Positions 7,658 through 16,056 are shown, counted from the first letter of the stretch. The stretch is DNA of 20,134 nt from Fidelibacterota bacterium (GCA_043822705.1 JBDRBK010000046.1:1-20134), one strand, 5' to 3'. Numbers and translations: made by a program. Notes: generated from the sequence alone by a model not told the origin.

Positions 7658-8806
7658 TTAACTATTAATTCTTCTTAATATTATTGTTGAAATATCCTGT
7701 ATGCTAAGCGAACAGTCAGGATCATCCTGATGCTGCCGGGTACACTGCAGGTGAATATGACACTTGGGACAGGCCACCGCCAGCGTTCTCGCACCGGTTT
7801 CGCGTGCCTGACGCAGGCGCTCATTCTGGATTTTGCGGGTGGTGCCGTCGCAGTTCATCCAGGCCGATACTCCGCAGCACAACGCACCTTTGCCGTGTTG
7901 GGCCATTTCCACCAGATTGTCACTGCCATTGGATTGCAGCACTGTCCGGGGCGCGACGTACTCGTCCAGGTGACGCCCCAGGCGACAGGGGTCCTGGAAG
8001 GTCACCGGCTCGTAGCTGGGCTGCAGTTCCAGCGCGCCGGCTGCGATCTTTTCGGCAATGAACTGGCTCATATGCTGGAGTTTCCAGGGCACTTTGAAGC
8101 CGTTATCGCGGTACAGGTTTTGAAAAGCGCTCTGGCATTCGGCACAGGAAAAAAGGATTGTCTTACAGCCGGATGCGGCCACCATCTCCAGGTTGCGCTC
8201 AGCCAGCATTTTGAAATTGTCCGTGTCGCCGTTCCAGTACAGGTCGTGACCGCAGCAGCGTTCCTGAGGCAGCAGGACGGGCTTGATCCCCAGGTGATTT
8301 AATATTTTTATACTGCTGATCGCAGCATCCAATGTTGATAATTCCAGACTGGTGAAAAAGGAATCGAAATAAGGAGCACAGCCGACGAAATACAGGATTT
8401 CGCCCTGATCAGTGGTGATGTCCAGATCGGCGCTCAGCCAGTCCAGCCGGTTTTGTTTCAGGTCGGTGGCGGTCATCATTTTCTGCAATGTCTCGAGTAC
8501 GCCGGAATGGGAGCACTGGCCGCGGAACTGGTGCGATTCGTTGCGACTGCGCAGGATCTGGGTCAGCTCGATATAACTGATGGCGCTGGGGCAGACCTGG
8601 TCGCAGCGTTTACAGGTCAGACAGCTCCAGAGGTCGTAATCGCGGAACAGGTTTTCGAAATCCTGTTTCACGGACTTGTTCAGCATCAACCGTGGTGAAT
8701 ACTCCTGGCTGAAGCGCGAAACAGGACAGACCGAGGTGCATTTTCCGCATTCCAGGCAGGCCAGGGCGTTGGTTTTCCGGACGGCGGCGTATAAGTTTTC
8801 GTACAC
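7658..8806 (-). CDS. HdrD/GlpC-like Fe-S oxidoreductase (HdrC-like 2x[4Fe-4S] domain plus two CCG domains)
   Basis: 382 aa, GTG start. Ferredoxin motifs CLECGKCTSVCP and CLTCKRCDQVCP. CCG domains YFVGC...ERCCG...SCAEC and FQDPCRLGR...LCCG...ACPKC. Confidence 0.9.
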   Translation of the reverse strand: MYENLYAAVRKTNALACLECGKCTSVCPVSRFSQEYSPRLMLNKSVKQDFENLFRDYDLWSCLTCKRCDQVCPSAISYIELTQILRSRNESHQFRGQCSHSGVLETLQKMMTATDLKQNRLDWLSADLDITTDQGEILYFVGCAPYFDSFFTSLELSTLDAAISSIKILNHLGIKPVLLPQERCCGHDLYWNGDTDNFKMLAERNLEMVAASGCKTILFSCAECQSAFQNLYRDNGFKVPWKLQHMSQFIAEKIAAGALELQPSYEPVTFQDPCRLGRHLDEYVAPRTVLQSNGSDNLVEMAQHGKGALCCGVSAWMNCDGTTRKIQNERLRQARETGARTLAVACPKCHIHLQCTRQHQDDPDCSLSIQDISTIILRRINS

Positions 8807-8808
8807 GA

Positions 8809-11139
8809 TTAATTCCTCATCTGATTGCTGATTGATCGGGCAAACTCACTGACGGCCTGGATGAAACGGACACTGTCTCCGTCGGTGATAGCGGCAAAGC
8901 CGATCCGGCTGGGCGCGGTCCCCAGAATGTGAACCAGATTCCTGATTTCATCGAAGGCTGACCGAATCCGCCGGGCGCCGTCGCCATAATGACAGCTTTC
9001 ATCGCTGCAGGCCGTCAGCAGGACGCCGCTGGCACCGGCCGCCAGGGCTTTCAAAACGAAACCCGGCTCGATCCGGCCGCCACAGATGGTCTGAATCAGA
9101 TGCAGGTTAACACCGTCCGTATGCAATTGCGCCAGTTCATCGCCATGCAGGCTGGAACCATTCCAGCGGCAGGAAAACACCACCAGATTGGTTTGGCCGG
9201 TTTTCATTTGGGCCAGTTTGGAATCCAGCCAGGCCTCGTCGATGAAGGCCGGCAGCATGGCGCCGTTGGGGCAGGCCGCCACGCAGATGCCGCAGGCCCG
9301 GCAGAGATCGGGATTGAGCTGTGATATTTTCAATTCACCTGAGGTCGGTAGCAGTTCCAATGCGCCATACCCGCAGACTGAGACGCATTCGCCACAGCCG
9401 CGGCAGATATTAGCTGCGGTCCGTGGTTGCAGCGATCGCAGGTTGATGGCGGTCTTGCCAGTCTTCCCGAACCGCAGGGTCGCCGGCAGGGTGGATTGAT
9501 CATTCAAAATGGTACGCAGATTGTTCGGTACGCGGCACAGGATTTCGATCGACTGATCCGGAATGGTTAACAGGGCCGGTTGTTTGTCACACAGCGAAAC
9601 GCATTCCGCACATTCGCCGCAGGGACCGCAGCGCAGGCAGCGCCGGGCCTCGGCGATGGCGGTGGCCTCATCGAAACCGAATTCCACTTCTTCGAAATTG
9701 TCCAGCCGTTGCTGCACATTCAGGGCCGGCATTTCCGCCCGGGTTTTTTGCGGGCGTTGATTCGGATCGATTTTTATCTCCGCTTCAACCATCAGCTGGG
9801 GGAGTTTAGGGGGTACCAGCGATTCGCCGGTCAGATAATGCGCGATGGCGTCGGCGGCGCGGTGACCGTGGGCGATGGCGTCGATCACAGTGCCGGGACC
9901 AGTCACGGCATCGCCGCCGGCAAATACACCGGGGCGGTCGGTGACCATGGTGATCTCATCCGCAACCAGGGTGTTCCAGCGTGAAAGCCGGACGGCACTG
10001 AGCCCAAAACCAATCTCCGGCTCCTGGCTGATGGCGGGAATAATGCAATCGGCGGCAATGAAAAATTCGGATTCGGCAACTGGCACCGGTCGCCGCCGTC
10101 CGCTTTCATCCGGCTCGCCCAGTGTCATTTTCTGACACTTCATTCCATTAACTCTGCCGTCTATGCCAACAATCTCCAGCGGAGCCGCCAGATAGTGAAT
10201 CTGCACGCCTTCGTGCTCGGCCTCGTTAATTTCCTCCTCATCGGCGGGCATTTCATTCCGGGTGCGGCGATAAACGATATGCACTTCACGGCTGCCGAGG
10301 CGCCGGGCGGTCCGGGCCGAATCGATGGCGGAATTGCCGCCGCCGATTACGATAACCTGGTCCCCCGGTTTCTTTGCTGCCGTAAAATTGACCTGATTCA
10401 AAAAGGCCACGGCATCCAACACTCCCCGGTAATTTTCTTCCCCGGCAATATTTAATTTTTTGCCCCGGTGGGCCCCGATCGCCAGGTAGATGGCGGAATA
10501 ACCCACGGAGAATAAATCATCGATGGCAGTCTCACCTTCAATCGGGTGACCGGTTTTAATTTTAATTCCCAGATTGATAAGATAATCGATCTCGGCTGCC
10601 AAAATATTACGCGGCAGACGGTAGGCCGGGATGCCGGCGATCAGCATGCCGCCCGGTTCGGGCAGGGTCTCGAAAACGGTTACGTCAAATCCCTGACGCA
10701 CCAGATCGTTGGCAGCGGTCAGCCCGGAGGGACCGGAACCGACTACGGCCACTTTCTCGGGGCGGGTGGTTTCAATTTTCACCGGTGGTGTTCCGGGATG
10801 GGCCAGCTCATAATCGGCAGCGAAACGTTTCAGCCAGCGGACGGCCACCGGCTGATCGACAGCATTGCGGTTGCAGGCCGCCTCGCAGGGATGAGTACAG
10901 ACCCGGCCGCAGATCCCCGGCAGCGGGTTGCGCTGCCGGATCACATCCAGGGCAGCGACGAATTTGCCGGCGGCGATCAGCGAAACATAGGCTTTCACAT
11001 TAACGCCGGCGGGACAGGCGGTCGCACAGGGCGATTGTTCCACCGGACCGAAACGGTATTTATGCCGATCGCCGGAGAAGCTGATATAGCCATCCTCCCG
11101 GAGAAAATAATCAGGCCTTCGCGTAGCGGATTCAGGCAT
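8809..11139 (-). CDS. GltD/NfnB(SudA)-like FAD/NAD(P)H oxidoreductase fused to 4Fe-4S ferredoxin and MvhD-like domains
   Basis: 776 aa. PCATACPAGVNV...NPLPGICGRVCTHPCEAAC; FAD motif GSGPSG; GGGNSAIDSARTARRLG...VYRRTR (NADPH-type); GVFAGGDAVTGP; EARRCLRCGPCGECAECVSLC; CRGCGECVSVC and CRACGICVAACP; MvhD-like FSCRWN...ICGGRIEP...ACSDESCHY. Confidence 0.9.
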   Translation of the reverse strand: MPESATRRPDYFLREDGYISFSGDRHKYRFGPVEQSPCATACPAGVNVKAYVSLIAAGKFVAALDVIRQRNPLPGICGRVCTHPCEAACNRNAVDQPVAVRWLKRFAADYELAHPGTPPVKIETTRPEKVAVVGSGPSGLTAANDLVRQGFDVTVFETLPEPGGMLIAGIPAYRLPRNILAAEIDYLINLGIKIKTGHPIEGETAIDDLFSVGYSAIYLAIGAHRGKKLNIAGEENYRGVLDAVAFLNQVNFTAAKKPGDQVIVIGGGNSAIDSARTARRLGSREVHIVYRRTRNEMPADEEEINEAEHEGVQIHYLAAPLEIVGIDGRVNGMKCQKMTLGEPDESGRRRPVPVAESEFFIAADCIIPAISQEPEIGFGLSAVRLSRWNTLVADEITMVTDRPGVFAGGDAVTGPGTVIDAIAHGHRAADAIAHYLTGESLVPPKLPQLMVEAEIKIDPNQRPQKTRAEMPALNVQQRLDNFEEVEFGFDEATAIAEARRCLRCGPCGECAECVSLCDKQPALLTIPDQSIEILCRVPNNLRTILNDQSTLPATLRFGKTGKTAINLRSLQPRTAANICRGCGECVSVCGYGALELLPTSGELKISQLNPDLCRACGICVAACPNGAMLPAFIDEAWLDSKLAQMKTGQTNLVVFSCRWNGSSLHGDELAQLHTDGVNLHLIQTICGGRIEPGFVLKALAAGASGVLLTACSDESCHYGDGARRIRSAFDEIRNLVHILGTAPSRIGFAAITDGDSVRFIQAVSEFARSISNQMRN

Positions 11140-11142
11140 GGA

Positions 11143-11709
11143 TCAGGCTTCCACTTGGGCAGTTTGTTTTTCTTGCTCCAGCAATTCGACAGCGTAGTCA
11201 TAACCCTGTTGGAAGGCTTTGATGTTGACAGCGATGAAGCGTTCCGGTACCGACTCCGGCAGGGCCGCCTTGACCGCTTCGGCACTGATCACACCGGTAA
11301 TTCCCGTGAAGAAACCAACCATCACCACATTGGCAAAAATTCGATTGCCCATTTCCTCGGCGATACGGGTGGAGGGAATCGAATACATCCTGACATCGTC
11401 GCGCAACCGTTCCGGTTTGACCAGATCGTTATCGGTTAGCAGGATGCCGCCGGTGACCAGGTCGTCCAGGAATTTTTCGTAGGCTTCCTGAGACATCGTA
11501 ACCAGGATTTCCGGTGCCACGATATAGGGGTACAGAATCGGCTTGTCGTCCACCACCACCTGGGCCGAGCAGGCGCCGCCGCGGGCTTCCGGTCCGAAGC
11601 TTTGGGTCATGGTGCCGTATTTGTTGTCGTACAGGGAGGCGGCCATCCCGATTAAGATACCGGATTTGATGATTCCCTGTCCGCCGAAGCCGGAAAATCG
11701 AATATCCAT
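11143..11709 (-). CDS. 2-oxoacid:ferredoxin oxidoreductase gamma subunit (KorC-like)
   Basis: 188 aa: IRFSGFGGQGII, TQSFGPEARGGAC, ANVVMVG, VNIKAFQQGY. Confidence 0.93.
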   Translation of the reverse strand: MDIRFSGFGGQGIIKSGILIGMAASLYDNKYGTMTQSFGPEARGGACSAQVVVDDKPILYPYIVAPEILVTMSQEAYEKFLDDLVTGGILLTDNDLVKPERLRDDVRMYSIPSTRIAEEMGNRIFANVVMVGFFTGITGVISAEAVKAALPESVPERFIAVNIKAFQQGYDYAVELLEQEKQTAQVEA

Positions 11710-11738
11710 TGGTTACCCTGAAAGTATGTGGTTTGGGA

Positions 11739-11945
11739 AGGGCATGAATGCCCTCCACGGTAATTGGTGATATAGCTTAACCCAGCCCTGAAGGGCCGGG
11801 TCACTGAATGAAATAGTACGAGTACTGCCATGATCGAGTTGGTTCGTGTATGAATGAACCTGACTGACTGTTTTTTGGGCTGTAATCCAGCCATTTATGG
11901 CTGGGATAAAACGAAGCAAGTGAAGTAAGACGCCGTTCACGGCGT
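11739..11945. repeat. Four-hairpin REP/MITE-like insertion between the OFOR beta and gamma genes
   Basis: AGGGCA-TGAA-TGCCCT (11739-11754), ACCCAGCCC-TGAA-GGGCCGGGT (11780-11801), CCAGCCA-TTTA-TGGCTGG (11887-11904), ACGCCG-TTCA-CGGCGT (11930-11945). Confidence 0.75.
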
Positions 11946-12856
11946 TATTTCCCGTTGGGGCCGGTGTAAGGCACAAATTTATCGCCCAGTTTTTCGCGGA
12001 GGAATTGATCGCGTTTTTCCAGAAAATGGGATTTGTTCTTGTCAACAAATTCACCCACGGTGATGCGCTGCTGAAAATCGATATCCACGGTACGAGTGTC
12101 GATACCATGTTTGATGATGGCGTTGTCATGATAAAAACGCATCAAGTCCAGGCCCGAGCCGAGACGGTTGCGCCGGGCGTAGAGTGTCGAGCAGGGGGCG
12201 ATTACTTCGATGAAGGAAAAGCCCGGCTTTAGTAGCGCCTTAGTCATCGACTTGGCCATGCGCCGGATATGCAGGGCGGTCCAGCGAGCCACGAAAACAG
12301 CGCCGGATGATTCCGCCAGGAAGGGCAGATTGAAGGGATATTCATAGCAGCCGTAAGGGGCGGTAGAGGCGTTGGCGGTCAGGGGCGTGGTCGGTCCGGC
12401 CTGCCCGCCGGTCATGGCGTAATTGAAATTATTGATGCAGATGATGGTCAGGTTGATGTTGCGCCGGGCGGCGTGAATCAGATGGTTGCCGCCGATGGCA
12501 ATCAGATCACCGTCGCCGCTGATTACCGTAACCTTCAGTTCCGGGTTGCCCAGGGCCAGACCGGTGGCGAAGGGAATCGCCCGGCCGTGGGTGGAGTGAA
12601 ACGAGTCCAGCCGCAGGTAGCCGGCGGCCCGGCCGGAGCAGCCGATCCCGGAAACGACGGCCACTTTTTTCTGGTCCAGTCCCGATTTTTGCAGGGCTGT
12701 GATATAGGCGGTCAGCACGGTACCGATCCCACAGGAGGCACACCAGATGTGGGGCAGGCGTTCGGTCCGCAGAAAGTGCTCCATGGGATGGTGCAACGGT
12801 TCCTGAGGTTCGGGAATATGGAGTGTACTGGTCATTTCGGATGTCATTTCGCTCAT
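11945..12856 (-). CDS. 2-oxoacid:ferredoxin oxidoreductase beta (TPP-binding) subunit (KorB-like)
   Basis: 303 aa: PHIWCASCGIG, VSGIGCSGR, HSTHGRAIPFATG, TPP motif GDGD...NNFNYAMTGGQ. Start overlaps the alpha stop (ATGA). Confidence 0.94.
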   Translation of the reverse strand: MSEMTSEMTSTLHIPEPQEPLHHPMEHFLRTERLPHIWCASCGIGTVLTAYITALQKSGLDQKKVAVVSGIGCSGRAAGYLRLDSFHSTHGRAIPFATGLALGNPELKVTVISGDGDLIAIGGNHLIHAARRNINLTIICINNFNYAMTGGQAGPTTPLTANASTAPYGCYEYPFNLPFLAESSGAVFVARWTALHIRRMAKSMTKALLKPGFSFIEVIAPCSTLYARRNRLGSGLDLMRFYHDNAIIKHGIDTRTVDIDFQQRITVGEFVDKNKSHFLEKRDQFLREKLGDKFVPYTGPNGK

Positions 12857-14010
12857 GCCGCACCTTCCTCGATTGCTTTAAGAATATCCAGCGGATCATG
12901 TACCCAGCCGCCGGCGTGAGGTACCAGAATCGATTTGCAGGCGCCGCCGGCGCAGCGCTCCACTTCCAGCACCACCTGACCCAGATTGATTTCCGGAACT
13001 ACGAACGCTTTCACCTTGCGGGCCAGTTCCCGAATCCGCCGTTCCGGGAACGGCCAGACCGTTACCAACCGCAGCGTGCCGACTTTGAGACCTTTGGCAC
13101 GCGCCAAATCGACCGCCTTCAGGGCCACCCGCGAAGAAATACCGTAAGATACGACCACCACGTCGGCGCCTGCGATCTGGTCTTCTTCGATAATCTGGAT
13201 TTTTTTGACATTATTACGAATTTTATTCACCAGGTGGGTGACATTCTTTTGCTGGGCTTCGGCGTTGATTACGGGGTAGCCCCGTTCGTCGTGGGTCAGT
13301 CCGGTAATATGAATATTGTACCCATCACCGGCCTTGATCATCGGCGCCAGTTCATTTTCGTTAAACCGATACGGCCGATAGGCGTCGTGGTCACCCTGAT
13401 AAAAATTGCGGGGCACGATTTCAATTTCATCCGCGGCGGGAATAACGACTTTTTCAGTCATGTGGCCGACGCACTCGTCCATCATGAACAATACCGGCAC
13501 CCGCCATTTTTCCGCCAGATTGAAGGCCGTGATCGACAGATCGAAACATTCCTGGGGCGAGTTGGGCGAAAGGGCGATGATTTCGTAATCGCCGTGGGAG
13601 CCCCAGCGAGCCTGCATCATATCGGCCTGTCCGGTGAGGGTCGGCAGGCCGGTGGACGGTCCGCCGCGCTGCACGTTGACCACTACGCAGGGTGTTTCCA
13701 GCATTACGGCCAGTCCCAGGTTCTCCATCATCAGTGAGAAGCCGGGCCCGGAGGTGACGGTCATGGCCTTGACCCCGGACCAGGTCGCCCCGATGACGGC
13801 CGCCATGGAGGCCAGTTCATCTTCCATCTGGATAAACATACCGCCGATTTTTGGAAAGCGGACCGCGATCCGTTCCGCCACTTCGGTGGAAGGAGTGATC
13901 GGGTACCCCGCCAGGAAGCGGCAACCGGCGGCAATCGAACCTTCGGAGCAGGCGTGGTCGCCGTCCAGGTAATGGGCGCCGGTGGCGACGCCGATTGGAT
14001 CGGCCTTCAC
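12853..14010 (-). CDS. 2-oxoacid:ferredoxin oxidoreductase alpha subunit (KorA-like, four-subunit type)
   Basis: 385 aa, GTG start overlapping the delta stop. Motifs GYPITPSTE, QMEDELAS, TSGPGFSLMMEN, QRGGPSTGLPT, RWGSHGD, PEINLGQ. Confidence 0.95.
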   Translation of the reverse strand: MKADPIGVATGAHYLDGDHACSEGSIAAGCRFLAGYPITPSTEVAERIAVRFPKIGGMFIQMEDELASMAAVIGATWSGVKAMTVTSGPGFSLMMENLGLAVMLETPCVVVNVQRGGPSTGLPTLTGQADMMQARWGSHGDYEIIALSPNSPQECFDLSITAFNLAEKWRVPVLFMMDECVGHMTEKVVIPAADEIEIVPRNFYQGDHDAYRPYRFNENELAPMIKAGDGYNIHITGLTHDERGYPVINAEAQQKNVTHLVNKIRNNVKKIQIIEEDQIAGADVVVVSYGISSRVALKAVDLARAKGLKVGTLRLVTVWPFPERRIRELARKVKAFVVPEINLGQVVLEVERCAGGACKSILVPHAGGWVHDPLDILKAIEEGAA

Positions 14011-14312
14011 GAGTCACCACCTTTCTGCAGCAGTTCCCCGGCTCCGGGGTGGTGGGCGTCCGTCTCCCGGACGAATATGGCGAATTCCGGACAGATGGTC
14101 TCACAGAGATTACAGTTGACACAAACGCCCTCTTTGACCACAACCGGGTAATGATAACCCTTGCGGTTGAAATCGGCGGACATCTCGAGGACTTTTTTTG
14201 GACAATATTCGACGCAGAATCCGCAGCCCTTACAGCGCTCGACCAGCAAGTGGGTCGTACCGTGCGGAATCTCAATTGTGTCGATATCAAAAGGAACACG
14301 CCAGTTGTTCAT
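14007..14312 (-). CDS. 2-oxoacid:ferredoxin oxidoreductase delta subunit (2x[4Fe-4S] ferredoxin, KorD-like)
   Basis: 101 aa: CKGCGFCVEYCP...FNRKGYHYP...CVNCNLCETICPEFAI. Confidence 0.92.
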   Translation of the reverse strand: MNNWRVPFDIDTIEIPHGTTHLLVERCKGCGFCVEYCPKKVLEMSADFNRKGYHYPVVVKEGVCVNCNLCETICPEFAIFVRETDAHHPGAGELLQKGGDS

Positions 14313-14419
14313 GCTGCACCCTTATCGATAATTCTGATAATGATTATTGATTTTGATTTTAATCCGTAATTCCGGAAGTACTTGATAGTCGTGATTCGCA
14401 GTTTTCGTATGACGGAGTA

Positions 14420-14689
14420 TCAGTCGATGAAATTGCTGCCTTCCTCCCGTTGCACCGTTTGAAAAAATTGACAATTATCGCAGTTGTCGTTCGGTGGCTG
14501 GTGGGCACAGGTTTTTGGCGTCGCTTTCTTGGTCCCGGCGATGCTCCAACAGTATCTGCCCCCGTTAAAACCGTTGTTGGTGCCGTTGAAAGCGGTATAA
14601 GTCACTGATTGACAGACGCCCAGCAGACCGGCTTTGTCACCTCCCAGTTCACGACCGCAGTGGTTGAACTCCCAGCAGTTTGTTTTCAT
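14420..14689 (-). CDS. Two-CW-domain Cys-rich small protein
   Basis: 89 aa with seven Cys: NCWEFNHCGRE...GVC...NGTNNGFNGGRYCWSIAGT...C...CDNCQFFQTVQREEG. AAGGGG SD upstream. Confidence 0.85.
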   Translation of the reverse strand: MKTNCWEFNHCGRELGGDKAGLLGVCQSVTYTAFNGTNNGFNGGRYCWSIAGTKKATPKTCAHQPPNDNCDNCQFFQTVQREEGSNFID

Positions 14690-14931
14690 TGTTCCGATTC
14701 CCCTTCAATAGGGTTGTAAAACCTCGGCCAGGCGTACCTGACCGGCGCCTGGAAACAAGGAATCAGTATCTCCCCCTGGAGAATGCTAATTCGCTGAAAA
14801 CTGTGAATTCGTTGGCTTATAGTTAGTGTCCGTCGGCAGCAGGAAGCAGGTTATCCCCCGAGCGGATTCGTATAGGCGGTATATTCGTAAGTAGTATGTC
14901 GTATCGCAAAAGCATAGCTTGTTTCAAGCGG

Positions 14932-14961
14932 AGAATACGTCCAACCAGATAAAAATATCAA
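14932..14961 (-). promoter_or_regulatory. Putative promoter of the two-CW / OFOR / Hdr transcription unit
   Basis: TTGATA (14961-14956), 18-nt spacer, TATTCT (14937-14932). Confidence 0.45.
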
Positions 14962-15003
14962 GCGCAAAATCGACCGGATCGCAGTTCCTGGTTATAATTT
15001 TTA

Positions 15004-16056
15004 TTAAGGATCAACGATGATCCGCCGGGATTGCGGTATTAGTACTTCACCGATCTTGATGGCAGGGAATGGATTGGCCTGGTTGAACTGCGCGAGCAGC
15101 AACGACGCCTGCTCCGCGGGCAGGGCGATGATCAGGCCGCCCGAAGTCTGGGCGTCGGCGATCATGATTCTATCAACGGCGGTCAAGTCGGGACTGAAGC
15201 CGGTGAATTTTTCGGCATAGGCCAGATTGCGGCGGCTGCCGCCGGGAATTACATTTTGTTCGGCCAGAGCCCGTACCTCCGGCAGGAAGGGCAGGACGGT
15301 ATAGTCGATCCGGGCGCTGACGCCGCTGGCGGCGCACATTTCACCGAGATGACCGAGCAGTCCGAAACCGCTGACGTCCGTGACCGCGTGGGCGCCGAAT
15401 TGCCGGGCCGCTGTCGCGGCCAGATTATTTAATGTGCTCATCGACCGGGTCGCAATTTCGATTATTTCCTTCCCGGCCAGGCCTCTTTTGATGGCGGTGG
15501 CAATGATTCCGGTGCCCAGTGGCTTGGTCAGGATCAGGGCATCGCCGGGTCGGGCTTTGGCGTTGGTCAAAAGGTCCGCTTCCCGGACCTCGCCGGTGAC
15601 GACCAGTCCGTATTTCGGTTCCCGGTCGTCGATACTGTGTCCGCCGACGATGGCGATCCCGGCTTCCGCGGCTTTGTCAATCCCGCCCTGAAGAATCGCG
15701 GTCAGCATTTCATGCGGTAATTCGTCGATTGGAAAACCGACGATATTAAGCGCGAACAGCGGTGTGCCACCCATGGCGTAAATATCGGAAAGGGAATTGG
15801 CGGCGGCGATTTGCCCGAACCGATAGGGATCGTCCACCACCGGCGTGAAAAAATCAACGGTCTGCAACAACAGTTTACCATCATCCAGTCTGAACACGGC
15901 GGCATCGTCGGCGCCCTCGAATCCGACCACCGTCCGCCGATCCGGTTTGATGACCAGCCCGCCGAGAATTTGTCTTAGGTCCTCCGGACCGATCTTGCAG
16001 GCTCAGCCGGAGCCGTGACTCAAGGTCGTCAGGCGTTTTTGTTCTTTTATCGACAT
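15004..16056 (-). CDS. selD: Selenophosphate synthetase (selenide, water dikinase), Sec-containing; 350 aa with Sec18
   Basis: ORF 15004-15930 extends in frame through TGA (16005-16003) to ATG 16056: MSIKEQKRLTTLSHGSG-U-ACKIGPEDL, the SelD U/C-x-C-K active site. Downstream motifs are DDAAV, QTVDFFTPVVDDP, AANSLSDIYAMGG, GGHS, LTKPLGTG, TDVSGFGLLGH and DAQTSGGL. Confidence 0.97.
15978..15990 (-). promoter_or_regulatory. Putative bacterial SECIS hairpin of selD
   Basis: mRNA GGUCC-GGA-GGACC, a 5-bp stem with a G-initiated loop starting 12 nt after the UGA. Confidence 0.65.

Noticed and set aside
11652..12129. ORFs 11713-12129 and 11652-11894 spanning the beta-gamma spacer
   Set aside because: They overlap real genes out of frame and run through the hairpin element. 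No protein-like signature.
602..13737. Long plus-strand ORFs (e.g. 602-1336, 5170-6054, 6424-7071, 10546-11439, 12823-13737)
   Set aside because: Antisense shadows of GC3-rich minus-strand genes, with no recognisable motifs.
14690..15003. tRNA-Sec (selC) or a known riboswitch next to selD
   Set aside because: No cloverleaf, UCA anticodon arm or T-loop signature found on either strand, and no riboswitch consensus recognised by eye.
15004..15930. selD starting at GTG 15930, or an N-terminally truncated pseudogene
   Set aside because: That start would omit the catalytic U-x-C-K motif. The frame continues through TGA to ATG 16056.
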